Source: a virus. Taken from it: a stretch of DNA of 64,000 bases. The translations under genes and the position numbers were made by a program. The number at the start of each line of letters is the position of its first letter. The stretch's first letter is position 1. The stretch lies in the IMG/VR virus record IMGVR_UViG_3300046051_000062, one strand, 5' to 3'. The notes under the pieces were generated by a model. That model was given only the letters and a program-made list of their open reading frames with translations. It made no database searches and was not told the origin of the DNA. Of this stretch, positions 46,994 through 55,718 are shown one piece after another.

Positions 46994-47239
46994 CTACGGC
47001 GTCGAGTCGTCCGTCAGCTTCTCGGGGTGTTCAGCCTTGAGGTGCTGGCGCACGGGCGGCCACACCTCGTCCCACATATCGAAGTCAGCCTTCGACGCGA
47101 TGGCGTCCTCGCCGCAGTGGGCGCAGTCGAACAGACGGTACGTGATTTCCCGCCGGCCACGCTCCGGGTCCTCCTCCATGTGGCCGTCTCTCCCACCGCC
47201 GGTGGTGTGTTGCTTGACTGCTTGGCGGAACCTTGTCAT
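46994..47239 (-). CDS. Array ORF with CxxC/His zinc motif
   Basis: CAHCG...HLKAEHP; repeat at 47259. Confidence 0.7.
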   Translation of the reverse strand: MTRFRQAVKQHTTGGGRDGHMEEDPERGRREITYRLFDCAHCGEDAIASKADFDMWDEVWPPVRQHLKAEHPEKLTDDSTP

Positions 47240-47309
47240 ACGTACATTAATTCACGTTGCCCCTCTCGGGGCCGATGGGTGGTGGGTCCCCGCAGGGGCC
47301 GCCGTCCGG

Positions 47310-47729
47310 CTACGGGGTGTGGATGAGGGCGCTGGAGTGCTCCAGTTGCCGCTCGAAATGCCGGCGGCGCAGGTGGTCGTCCCGCAGGTTCCCCAGGTCC
47401 GCCTTGATGTCCTGGCCCTGCCCAGGGAGGACGTGGAGCCGGAGGGCCACGCCATCGACCAGCGGGAGGTCGATGGTCCCGACGATGGGGGCGTCGCCCT
47501 TGTCGCTCGTGTAGAGGCTGATGGGTTCGCCGGACGCCATCTCGTCGGCCAGGTCCCGCTCTAAGTCCTCGATGGCAACGGGATACTCGTTGTCGTTCTG
47601 GTCGCTCCCGTACAGGCAGCCGTTCTCGGGGTCGGTGCGCCCGTCGGTGCCGTCGGCCTCGTAGCCGGCGAACGGCCCGCCGTCCACGGTGGCGTTGTGC
47701 CCGATGGGTACGGTGATGGTTTCAGTCAC
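47310..47729 (-). CDS. Array ORF, hypothetical
   Basis: GTG start; repeat at 47736. Confidence 0.7.
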   Translation of the reverse strand: MTETITVPIGHNATVDGGPFAGYEADGTDGRTDPENGCLYGSDQNDNEYPVAIEDLERDLADEMASGEPISLYTSDKGDAPIVGTIDLPLVDGVALRLHVLPGQGQDIKADLGNLRDDHLRRRHFERQLEHSSALIHTP

Positions 47730-47780
47730 GGGTCGGTCACGCCCCTCTCGGGGCAGGGGGCCACGACCACGGCTCCGTGG

Positions 47781-48089
47781 TTAGTGGTCGTAGTGTTTCG
47801 GCGTTCCAAGCCGGTCGAGTTCTTCCATCCCCTCGTCGGTGAGGATGTACCCGATGTTCCGCCCGTAGTACGTCACCTTCCGGACCAGGCCCAACTCCTT
47901 CAGGCGGGAGACGCGGGTCGCCACGCCGTCCTCGCCGTAGGCCCCGAGGGGACCCTCCTGGCGGGCGAGCGCCTGGGGGACGACCACCTCGGGAGCGACC
48001 GGGTGGTTCTCCTCTTTGTGCCGGGAATACCAGCGGAGCATGGCGTACAGGATGGCGTGTTTCGGGCGGTGGGGTTCGAGCGTGGTCAT
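47781..48089 (-). CDS. Array ORF, winged-HTH protein
   Basis: VATRVSRLKELGLVRKV...YILTDEGMEEL; repeat at 48095. Confidence 0.7.
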   Translation of the reverse strand: MTTLEPHRPKHAILYAMLRWYSRHKEENHPVAPEVVVPQALARQEGPLGAYGEDGVATRVSRLKELGLVRKVTYYGRNIGYILTDEGMEELDRLGTPKHYDH

Positions 48090-48139
48090 TGTGGGTCACG
48101 TCCCCTCTCGGGGCGGTTCATGGTGGTGGTCCGTGGGGG

Positions 48140-48349
48140 TCAGTCGCTCTTGGCGAGCGTCCCCGGGGCCACCTTGGCGGGGTTGATGTCCCGCTCGATT
48201 AGTTCGTCCTCCAGCAGGTTCAGGGCGCAGGCGGCACGCCACCCGCCGTCGCCGTGGAAGTGAACGTCCGCGTACAGCGTGCGGAAGCGCCGTTTCAGTG
48301 CCGTGTCGTTCCACTCTTCAGCGGGGTTCCAGTCGTGCATCCGTTGCAT
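48140..48349 (-). CDS. Array ORF, small helical protein
   Basis: Repeat at 48356. Confidence 0.65.
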   Translation of the reverse strand: MQRMHDWNPAEEWNDTALKRRFRTLYADVHFHGDGGWRAACALNLLEDELIERDINPAKVAPGTLAKSD

Positions 48350-48450
48350 GGGTGGGTCACGCCCCCTTCGGGGCTGTGAAGGGGTGAAGCCCTTGGCGGG
48401 TGATCCCCACCGTGGGCCACCCCTCTGTCGGAGCCGGGGGTGCGACTCCG

Positions 48451-48831
48451 CTACGTGGAGTCCGGGTAGTGGGTCCCGATGTGGGCAGCGGCCGACTCGA
48501 TGGCGGCGTCCAGTGAGTCGAACTGCTCGACCGTTTCCGCCGTCTCCGCCGGTAGGTTCTCCGGCGGTTGCTCGCCGGGAACCGCTACTATCTGACGGAC
48601 GTGTACGTCCCACACCTCCACGGAGTCTTCGATGTAGTTGTCTATCTCTCCCATCCACCCGCCGGTTTCGTGGACGTTCAGGCCGAAATACACGTTGACC
48701 TTGTGGGTCCTCGGCGTGTGGTTGGCGATCCGCCATTCCCACTCGCCGGGCAGGTCGGGCACGTCGAGGTCGGTGTCCTCGATGTCGATTCCCGTTTCGT
48801 GAGGGATGTCGTTCTTGGTGTTCTTGCTCAT
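48451..48831 (-). CDS. Array ORF, hypothetical
   Basis: Covariant repeat at 48836. Confidence 0.7.
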   Translation of the reverse strand: MSKNTKNDIPHETGIDIEDTDLDVPDLPGEWEWRIANHTPRTHKVNVYFGLNVHETGGWMGEIDNYIEDSVEVWDVHVRQIVAVPGEQPPENLPAETAETVEQFDSLDAAIESAAAHIGTHYPDST

Positions 48832-48870
48832 CGGGGTCACGTCCCTCTCGGGACTGGACGGGGGGAGTAC

Positions 48871-49311
48871 CTACCCCCAGTCGTTGCTGTCGTGGACTGT
48901 CTCGCACGCCTCACAGTAGGTCTTGTCGCCGCCAGCGATGAAGTGGTGGGCGTGGTACTCGTAGACCAGTGTCGGGTAGCCACAATCGGGGCACCGCCTG
49001 GGGTGCTCCACCTCGTAGCGTCCAACGTGGTCGTCCGACCGCATCTCGCCGTGGGTCGGGTCGCCGGACGTGATGGAATACGACCGGACCTTCCGCCCTC
49101 CGACCTCGATGGGAGCGCCACCCATCGACCGGGAGAGCGTCTCCAGCGCCCACACGGGCGGGGTGCCGGGCAGGTCGTGGCGTTGGACTCTATCGAGCGC
49201 CTGGTCTATCTCCTCGCGCGTGGGGCCGCGCTGGCCGCGGCGCTCGCGTCGCTGTTCGGTGTGTCGGCGGCGGTCGTCGTGGCGTCGTCGCCGTGGGGTT
49301 CCGTGGGTCAC
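48871..49311 (-). CDS. Array ORF with C-terminal zinc ribbon
   Basis: CPDCG...CEACE; repeat at 49317. Confidence 0.7.
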   Translation of the reverse strand: MTHGTPRRRRHDDRRRHTEQRRERRGQRGPTREEIDQALDRVQRHDLPGTPPVWALETLSRSMGGAPIEVGGRKVRSYSITSGDPTHGEMRSDDHVGRYEVEHPRRCPDCGYPTLVYEYHAHHFIAGGDKTYCEACETVHDSNDWG

Positions 49312-49363
49312 GGGTGGTCACGCCCCTCTCGGGGCCGAAGGCGGGCGCCCGCCCGCCGGTTGG

Positions 49364-49750
49364 TTAGTAGTCGAACAGTTCGTCGCCGGGTGCATCATCC
49401 TCGTAGAAGGCGACGGCGGTCATGTAGCCGTGGGCGAAGTCCCGGGCACGGGTCCGGTCCCCGGCGGGCGGGGCCATGGCCGTGGGGGTATCCCCCGCCA
49501 GCGGGCGGACGAACCCCATCAGGTCAATCGTGCCGTGTTCGGGGTACGCCAGGACGAACCACGTGCCGTCGCCGGTTCGCCCGAGTAGCACCTGGTGGCC
49601 GTTGGCGAACAGGTACGCCTCCTCGCCGCCGGCGTCTCGCTGGTCGGGGTCGAACCGAGTCCAGCCCGGCGGGAGCCGCTCGTCGGGCATACCCTGGGCC
49701 TCCTCGTTGTCGATGCCGTCGCGCAGGTCGGGTCCATCGTACTCTGTCAT
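49364..49750 (-). CDS. Array ORF, hypothetical
   Basis: Repeat at 49757. Confidence 0.7.
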   Translation of the reverse strand: MTEYDGPDLRDGIDNEEAQGMPDERLPPGWTRFDPDQRDAGGEEAYLFANGHQVLLGRTGDGTWFVLAYPEHGTIDLMGFVRPLAGDTPTAMAPPAGDRTRARDFAHGYMTAVAFYEDDAPGDELFDY

Positions 49751-49789
49751 TGTCGGGTCACACCCCTCTCGGGGCCGGACGGGGGGTGG

Positions 49790-49951
49790 CTACCCCGCTA
49801 TCTCGCGGACGGGGCGGCAGAACGCCCCCACGTCCACACCGCCGCTTTTGGCGCAGTCCCGGCAGGCGATTAGGTCGCCGTCCGGGTGCCACACGTCGGT
49901 GGCGGGGTCGGTCGGTTCAAGCGCATCGTCGCAAATGTCACAACGGTACAT
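49790..49951 (-). CDS. Array micro-ORF, zinc finger (53 aa)
   Basis: MYRCDICDD...IACRDC; repeat at 49957; not in the ORF track. Confidence 0.65.
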   Translation of the reverse strand: MYRCDICDDALEPTDPATDVWHPDGDLIACRDCAKSGGVDVGAFCRPVREIAG

Positions 49952-50060
49952 AGTGGGTCACACCCCTCTCGGGGCCGACGGGTAGGCGGCTGGAGCGTGT
50001 GACAACTCGCCGCCTGTCGGGTAGGGGGTGGGCCTCTCGGCCCCGAAAGTGGGCGGGTGG

Positions 50061-50438
50061 CTATTCGTGGCGGCCCGGGTCGGCGTCCAGGTCGGCGAGC
50101 GCGTCGTAGGCGCCGCGTTCCCAGGCCCGCAGGAGCGAGCCGAACACCCGGGTGGCTTCGGTCAGCCGGGCCGCCGCCGGCTCGTCCTCCTCACAGCCGG
50201 GCTTGATGGCCGCCACCTGGCGGTTCTCGTTGTACGTCCCGTGGCCCCGGTCGGCGTGGCCGGCCATGGCCCGCAGGTCCGGGAGGACGTGGTTCGCGTA
50301 CCGCGCGGACTCCCGCAAGCCGTCGATGTCCGGCTCGGCCTCGTCGGGCAGGTCGGTGTCCGAGAACTCCTCGTAGCCCTTGCGGTACGCCTCCTCTCGC
50401 CGGTAGTACGGTTTCACGACCGCTATTTCGTCGGTCAT
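50061..50438 (-). CDS. Array ORF, hypothetical
   Basis: Repeat at 50444. Confidence 0.7.
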   Translation of the reverse strand: MTDEIAVVKPYYRREEAYRKGYEEFSDTDLPDEAEPDIDGLRESARYANHVLPDLRAMAGHADRGHGTYNENRQVAAIKPGCEEDEPAAARLTEATRVFGSLLRAWERGAYDALADLDADPGRHE

Positions 50439-50485
50439 AGTGGGTCACGCCCCTACTCGGGGCAGGACCGCCCGAATCCGGGCGG

Positions 50486-51034
50486 TTAGTCGTCGTCGTC
50501 CAGGCCGGCCACTACGTCCTCGCGGGGTATCCAGGAGGTGTCCCCGGCGTCGCCGTAGGGACGGAACTCCTCGGCCAGCATGATACGAACCTCCGTGCCG
50601 TCCTCGGCCAGCAGGAACGCTTCGGCGAACACGCCCATGCCGTCGGGGTCACGCACCTCGACCACCGGGTCGGGGTGGGCACCACCGTCGTCGTAGATGA
50701 GGACGTTGGTCTGGAGTCGCCGGAGGCAGGACCCACAGGACGCGCCTGGGTAATCGAACTCGTCGGTGCAGGCGACGACCCCCACGCCGAACCCGTTGCT
50801 GTCGTGGTGTCCGGCGGGCAGCGATTCGACGGTGTACTGCTCGCCGTCGTCGGCGCTCACGACTTCGATGTCGCCCGCGCACTCGGGGCAGTACGCCTCG
50901 CCGTCGTAGACGTAGCCCGCGAGTCCGCCGGGGACGTACCCCCCGCTCTCGCCGGGCGTCCGGCGGGCGGCCGGGGCCAGGTCGCCGGGGTCGTCGGTCA
51001 CGTCGTCGGCTGTTAGGACTGCGATTACGGTCAT
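50486..51034 (-). CDS. Array ORF with Cys motifs
   Basis: YCPEC...CGSC; repeat at 51041. Confidence 0.75.
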   Translation of the reverse strand: MTVIAVLTADDVTDDPGDLAPAARRTPGESGGYVPGGLAGYVYDGEAYCPECAGDIEVVSADDGEQYTVESLPAGHHDSNGFGVGVVACTDEFDYPGASCGSCLRRLQTNVLIYDDGGAHPDPVVEVRDPDGMGVFAEAFLLAEDGTEVRIMLAEEFRPYGDAGDTSWIPREDVVAGLDDDD

Positions 51035-51077
51035 GGTCGGGTCACGCCCCTCTCGGGGCTATAACGGAGTGGGGTCG

Positions 51078-51482
51078 TTAGCGGGTGGACGCCACCACTT
51101 CGACGTGGGCGTTGTCTTCCAGCACCGACAGGACAGCCGGGGGAACGTCCCCGAGGGTCGCGTCGACCCGCTGGGTCGGCGGGGCGCGGCGGTACTCCGC
51201 GTATGGAGCGTGCCGGTCGGTCTTGAGCGGCGTGTAGACGTGGGCCTTGGGGACCAGGGACACCTCTCTCGGCCGGTCGTCGCCGAGTTCGGCGTCGGAG
51301 TCGAACAGCCACTTGTCCGTCGCTGCGTCGTCGCTGTGCCGCTTGACGACGACTGTCGTCGGCGCCGGGCCGTTCATCCACACCTGCCGGTGCACACCCG
51401 AGGTTCGGTAGGCTTCGGGTCGGTCGGCCGGGACTGGAACGCCATCTTCTACGGTTGTGTCGGGATAGTAACTGACTCTCAC
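51078..51482 (-). CDS. Array ORF, hypothetical
   Basis: GTG start; repeat at 51490. Confidence 0.7.
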   Translation of the reverse strand: MRVSYYPDTTVEDGVPVPADRPEAYRTSGVHRQVWMNGPAPTTVVVKRHSDDAATDKWLFDSDAELGDDRPREVSLVPKAHVYTPLKTDRHAPYAEYRRAPPTQRVDATLGDVPPAVLSVLEDNAHVEVVASTR

Positions 51483-51539
51483 GGTAATCTCACGCCCCTC
51501 TCAGGGCAAAATGGTGCTGGGTGGTGGGGGTGGTTGGGG

Positions 51540-51956
51540 CTACGCCGAAAGCTCCATATCGCCGACGGGACTGTCGGGGAGTGACGCCTCGCGCGTCGTC
51601 GCCGCCCCGTTCACCTCCTCTACGATCTTCACCACGAACCGGGGGTAGTACTCGACCGCCCGCCGGAGCAGGGTGCCCTCCGCCTTCTCGGCGGGGACCT
51701 GTCCCCCCCGGGTGTTGGGGTGGGTCTTGCTGACGTAGAGGGTCCCGCTGGGGTGGACGGTGTAGTAACAGGGCGCTCCCGGTTTTGAGGCCTTGACCGT
51801 CATCGGGCCGACCCCTGACCCCCCGGCGCTCCGGGGCCTCGTCACGCTGGTCAGACGCTCGGCCTCGTCCCTGTCCCGAAGCCAGTCGCGGAGTGCTTCG
51901 TCGGATTGTTCGAGTCGTTCGACCGCTGTCTCAAGTTCCTCGATTGCCTCGGCCAT
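51540..51956 (-). CDS. Array ORF, hypothetical
   Basis: Repeat at 51961. Confidence 0.7.
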   Translation of the reverse strand: MAEAIEELETAVERLEQSDEALRDWLRDRDEAERLTSVTRPRSAGGSGVGPMTVKASKPGAPCYYTVHPSGTLYVSKTHPNTRGGQVPAEKAEGTLLRRAVEYYPRFVVKIVEEVNGAATTREASLPDSPVGDMELSA

Positions 51957-52005
51957 GGTATCACGCCCCTCTCGGGGCCGAACCACCCGACAGCGTGCTG
52001 GGTGG

Positions 52006-52470
52006 TTAGCAGTGTTCGTCGGGGTCGATGCCGTGGCTGTCGAGTATCTCCGGGTACGGGTCGCCCGTCCGGTAGCCCGACTGGCCGTGGTAGTGCGTCA
52101 GGTCGGCGACGTAGTAGGCCGCCCGCTCGAAGAACCGGGGGCTGTCCGGCTCCGGCGACGCGCCGGCGAGCCCCCCGCTTTCGTGGAGCGACCGGAGAAT
52201 TCGTTGCATGCCCTCGGTGAACCCGTTGGCGGGGTCGCCGCCTTCGAACACGTCGTCCGGGTAGAACTGGTAGGTGGTGACGTGCTGGCGGTCGTCGTCG
52301 GCGTCCGCGCTGGCGGTAATCCTCGCCCACGGGACTGTCACAACGACCTCCCAGCACCCCAGGTCCGGGTCCCACCGGACGAACTTGCCGCCGTGTGGTT
52401 CCGGGTTCGCGTCGCCATAGTTCTCCCACTCCCGGGAGAACTCCTCGGTTGGGATTGCGCCGTCGGTCAT
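52006..52470 (-). CDS. Array ORF, hypothetical
   Basis: Repeat at 52477. Confidence 0.75.
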   Translation of the reverse strand: MTDGAIPTEEFSREWENYGDANPEPHGGKFVRWDPDLGCWEVVVTVPWARITASADADDDRQHVTTYQFYPDDVFEGGDPANGFTEGMQRILRSLHESGGLAGASPEPDSPRFFERAAYYVADLTHYHGQSGYRTGDPYPEILDSHGIDPDEHC

Positions 52471-52515
52471 GGTTGGGTCACGCCCCTACTCGGGGCACCA
52501 AAAGAGGGTAGGGTC

Positions 52516-52833
52516 TTACCCGACGACGGGGCCGTAGCCCTCGCGGGCGCGGTCGAGTCCGTACACGCCGTGATGTAGCGGCGTCTCCTCGACCGGAACG
52601 TACTCCGAATCACCCCACACCTCGCCGAACTCCATGCCGTGCGGGAACTCGTCGGAGGGGTACAGGTTGTACGCCCCCTCAACGTGGCTGGCGACCAGCC
52701 ACCGTCCCGTTTGGCCGTCGTGGTAGATGTACGCGGGGTTGCGGTCGTACCCCCACTCGTAGGCGAGGCCGTCGTCGGAATTTCCACGGACTTTGCGGTG
52801 GATTTCTTGAAGCCTTTCGTCACTCGTTGGCAT
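52516..52833 (-). CDS. Array ORF, hypothetical
   Basis: Repeat at 52838. Confidence 0.7.
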   Translation of the reverse strand: MPTSDERLQEIHRKVRGNSDDGLAYEWGYDRNPAYIYHDGQTGRWLVASHVEGAYNLYPSDEFPHGMEFGEVWGDSEYVPVEETPLHHGVYGLDRAREGYGPVVG

Positions 52834-52879
52834 GGTGGTCACGCCCCTACTCGGGGCTAAAAGTCGGGGAGGGGCCGGG

Positions 52880-53272
52880 TTAGACGGTAATGGTCATGCC
52901 GTCCGTGAAGTCCCGGCGGCCCTCCGGCGTCTCGACGTACCACTCAAAGTCCCGCTGGATCACCGTGTAGCCCGGCGGGGTGTGGCGGTTGATGCGCTGT
53001 TTCGTCGTCCTGGTTCGGTGGCCGCACGAATCCAGGCGGTACGTGTCGCCGTCCCGGACCACCACCGGGCTGTGGTGGTAGTAGTAGACGGTCACGCCGT
53101 CCACTTCAACGATCACGTCCCGGTAGGCGCCCCGGTCGGTGTCGTTGGAGCACCCACAGCGGGGGTGGCCTCGCGGGCCACTCCCGGGCTGGTGGTAGGC
53201 GTCCTGGTTGGTCACGGTACCGCGGTCGCACGCGTCCCAGTAGTCCGGGACGGGTAGGCTCTTGGCCGTCAT
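52880..53272 (-). CDS. Array ORF, phage-type hypothetical
   Basis: TRTTKQRINR...QRDFEWYV...FTDGM pattern; repeat at 53279. Confidence 0.7.
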   Translation of the reverse strand: MTAKSLPVPDYWDACDRGTVTNQDAYHQPGSGPRGHPRCGCSNDTDRGAYRDVIVEVDGVTVYYYHHSPVVVRDGDTYRLDSCGHRTRTTKQRINRHTPPGYTVIQRDFEWYVETPEGRRDFTDGMTITV

Positions 53273-53326
53273 TGTCGAGTCACACCCCTCTCGGGGCCGG
53301 TGGGGGCGGGGAGTGCCCCCGCGCCG

Positions 53327-53494
53327 TTAGCGGGTTATCATCAGCCGGTCGTCCGCACACTCGCCGCAAGCAGCGCGCGGGGCGAGTCCGGCGTAGACAG
53401 TCTCAACCGCTTCGACTTGCCGGTGCCCGCAACCCATGCACTCGAACGTGTACTCGGTCAATTCCGGCGGGCCTCGCTTTGGTGGTTGGGTCAT
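53327..53494 (-). CDS. Array micro-ORF, zinc ribbon (55 aa)
   Basis: FECMGCG...ACGEC; repeat at 53519 plus an extra GGGGGG/CCCCCC hairpin before the ATG. Confidence 0.65.
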   Translation of the reverse strand: MTQPPKRGPPELTEYTFECMGCGHRQVEAVETVYAGLAPRAACGECADDRLMITR

Positions 53495-53566
53495 TATCTC
53501 GGGGGGGTCAACCCCCCGGTCACGCCCTTCTCGGGGCTCTAACGGGGTGGAGGCGGGGACCGCCCG

Positions 53567-53872
53567 TCAGTCGCTCCCCGCGAGACGGGGGGCCATGGCG
53601 GCCAGTCCCGCGACGGCGACGTGCAGGGCGTCGGTGTCTCCATCCATCACTGTTTGCTCGTACACCCGGTCACCGTCGCCGTCGGGGTGATCGAGGAACC
53701 GTACCAGCCGAACGGTCGTACCGCTCCGGTCGGCCCGGTGTATCACCTGAATGTGGACCCGGTGGCGCTCGCACCGCCACGTCCGGGTTCCGTGTCCGTC
53801 GTTCAACGCCCACCCGTCCGGTAGTCGGTCGGCCGGGGTCGGGGCGGGGAGATTCGTGGGTACTGATGTCAT
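53567..53872 (-). CDS. Array ORF, hypothetical
   Basis: Repeat at 53879. Confidence 0.7.
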   Translation of the reverse strand: MTSVPTNLPAPTPADRLPDGWALNDGHGTRTWRCERHRVHIQVIHRADRSGTTVRLVRFLDHPDGDGDRVYEQTVMDGDTDALHVAVAGLAAMAPRLAGSD

Positions 53873-53923
53873 GGTCGGGTCACGCCCCTCTCGGGGCAGG
53901 TGGTTCAGCCCCCCACCGGACGC

Positions 53924-54061
53924 TTACACGTCGGCGGGGTCGTCGGGCGAGTAGTCGGTCCCGGCGTGGGACAGTTGGTCGTCCACGGTCCACCGCGGGT
54001 CCGTGTCGTCGCGGTCGTCCAGCGGTTCGCCTGGGGTCTTGAGTAGGTCGTCCCCTTGCAT
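53924..54061 (-). CDS. Array micro-ORF (45 aa, very acidic)
   Basis: MQGDDLLKTPGEPLDDRDDTDPRW...; repeat at 54067. Confidence 0.6.
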   Translation of the reverse strand: MQGDDLLKTPGEPLDDRDDTDPRWTVDDQLSHAGTDYSPDDPADV

Positions 54062-54100
54062 TGTGAGTCACGCCCCTCTCGGGGCAAAAACGGAGGGTGT

Positions 54101-54421
54101 CTACCCGGGGCGCTGCGCCACGTCTCCGGGTTTGCGCGGGTCCGCGAGTTCTTCGGCCGGGCAGTCAGCGACCACCAGGCCGATTTTCTTCGGCTCGGAG
54201 TGGACCAGCGAGTTGCTCACCGGGTACCAGCCGAGGCGCCGAATCAGGGCGAACACTCCCATGTCCGCCCGCCCGTCCCGAAGGTCGAAGGACAGGATGG
54301 TGGCGTCGCGGTCACGGTTCGGTTCCTGTTCGTCCGGCCCCACGACGACGAAGGACGAATCCACGCCGTCGAGTTCGAGGAGCCGGTCTTGCAGTCGCTC
54401 ATGGTCGGTTATCTCGTCCAT
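54101..54421 (-). CDS. First clear array ORF, hypothetical
   Basis: Repeat at 54429. Confidence 0.7.
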   Translation of the reverse strand: MDEITDHERLQDRLLELDGVDSSFVVVGPDEQEPNRDRDATILSFDLRDGRADMGVFALIRRLGWYPVSNSLVHSEPKKIGLVVADCPAEELADPRKPGDVAQRPG

Positions 54422-54614
54422 GTTGGGACACGCCCCTACTCGGGGCGAAGGGTCGTAGGCGTAAGTGGTGTGCCTACTGCGGTTGGTGGCCGGGGCTTCT
54501 CAGCCCTCCGGCCGGGGGATACCAGCCCCCAGCGTTTCCAGCCCTTGCTCCACCGTCGTTCGGTCGGTAGTATCCACGGTGCTGTATCTCTCTCGCACGG
54601 CCCCTTGCGGGGCC

Positions 54615-55700
54615 TGTCGTCGGTCTGATGATGGCGTATGCCTTCTACGGGCGGTGCCCGCCCACGCTCTCGCGCGGGTGGCGACCGGAGGGGGCTATGC
54701 CCCTCGGTCGAGTCCCGTAGCCGTGAGATTCCTCGCTCCCGTGTGGGGCGCGCGGCGAGAAGCCGACCTGTCGGGTGGGTCCGGTTGCTGGGTTAGGCGG
54801 CCTATTGGGGCCGCGGCCTACAAGCCACGTAGGCCGGTGGGTCCGGGGTATATCCGCCCCCACGCACGCCCGGGTCGGTCCCGGGGGCGATTGGTCAGAC
54901 TGGCGACCTTCTCTCTCCCCTAACGGTAGTATCTCTCAGTCGTTGACGAGTCCGAAAAAAGTCGTCCGAACCTGGATACCGCCCGGGAGTCGTTCGCTCG
55001 AAGGATTGCGAACCGGCGGATTGTGAGCCAGCCGGCAAGGCTCCCGTGCACCGCGCACGGGGCCGAACGGGGTTTCATCAAATCAGGGGTACGGTTTCCC
55101 GTTCGCCCTGCCCGTCCGACGCACGCCCGGGATTCAGGTACATTGAGCCGACACAAGGCCGGTGCTGGAACCGTCACCCGACGTGCGCGGTGTGTCTCCG
55201 ATTCGCGCCCCCGGCCATCCTACGCTTGCGCTTCTTCCGACCCACGGAAGGGTTCGACCCATAGGGTAGGCGTCTCGACAGGGCGCGGATTCACACCGCC
55301 GTGACACCCGGACCCACCGAACGGGTCCGGGCCGTATGCTGTTTCCGACGTGTCGGTTAGACTCCCCGTGGCAATCGGGGGTAGATGCGTGGGGTCGAGA
55401 AGGGTCCGGGCGCCAGGGGGCGGAAGGCCCCCCACCGGGTCCGGGGCGATCACGCCGCCCGGTTCGGGAGCGGGAAGTGGCCACCGTGTGGCGGGTTCCC
55501 CGCCCCCGGGGGGCGGTTTGAACGGTTGCATCCTCCGACGCCTCCGTCCCGCGGATTGGGACGGTCCACGCCGGGCAGCCGTGCCGGGGTACCCCCGCGC
55601 CGGGAATCCGCCCACCTTCGGGCAGATATGCCATACTACGGCATGGTCCGTAATAAGTGTTTCGATTCCGATTTTCAGCCAGTATCGGCGGTGAAATTGC
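54615..55700 (-). ncRNA. Candidate large structured non-coding RNA or leader
   Basis: No acidic ORF in any frame; many perfect hairpins and a 13-bp long-range inverted repeat; strand inferred from the array orientation. Confidence 0.4.
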
Positions 55701-55718
55701 TGTAAGACCCGGCTTTGG

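Larger units (their letters stand above)
31663..54614 (-). repeat. Dispersed gene-associated hairpin repeat, consensus (minus strand) GCCCC-GAGA-GGGGC-GTGAC, about 50 copies
   Basis: Plus-strand starts, counted by hand: 31663, 32129, 32569, 32970, 33507, 34206, 34367, 34436, 35977, 37160, 37560, 37782, 38636, 39280, 39749, 39939, 40395, 40635, 40885, 41245, 41745, 42206, 42893, 43298, 43716, 43795, 44604, 44975, 45634, 46614, 46934, 47259, 47736, 48095, 48356, 48836, 49317, 49757, 49957, 50031, 50444, 51041, 51490, 51961, 52477, 52838, 53279, 53519, 53879, 54067, 54429, 54599. A few of these are degenerate. Confidence 0.97.

Noticed and set aside
31663-54614. CRISPR array interpretation of the repeat
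   Set aside because: The intervals range from about 55 nt to over 1 kb and are protein-coding, the repeat is only 14-20 nt, and no cas genes were recognised.
31663-54614. Canonical integron attC sites
   Set aside because: Too short, with no R''/R' (RYYYAAC/GTTRRRY) boxes and no long bulged stem. Only the overall layout is integron-like.
31663-54614. Repeat as a promoter for each gene
   Set aside because: The intergenic segments are GC-rich and mostly lack TATA/BRE motifs.
54465-55705. Short ORFs listed in the array leader region
   Set aside because: All are R/P/G-rich overlapping frames with no halophilic composition.
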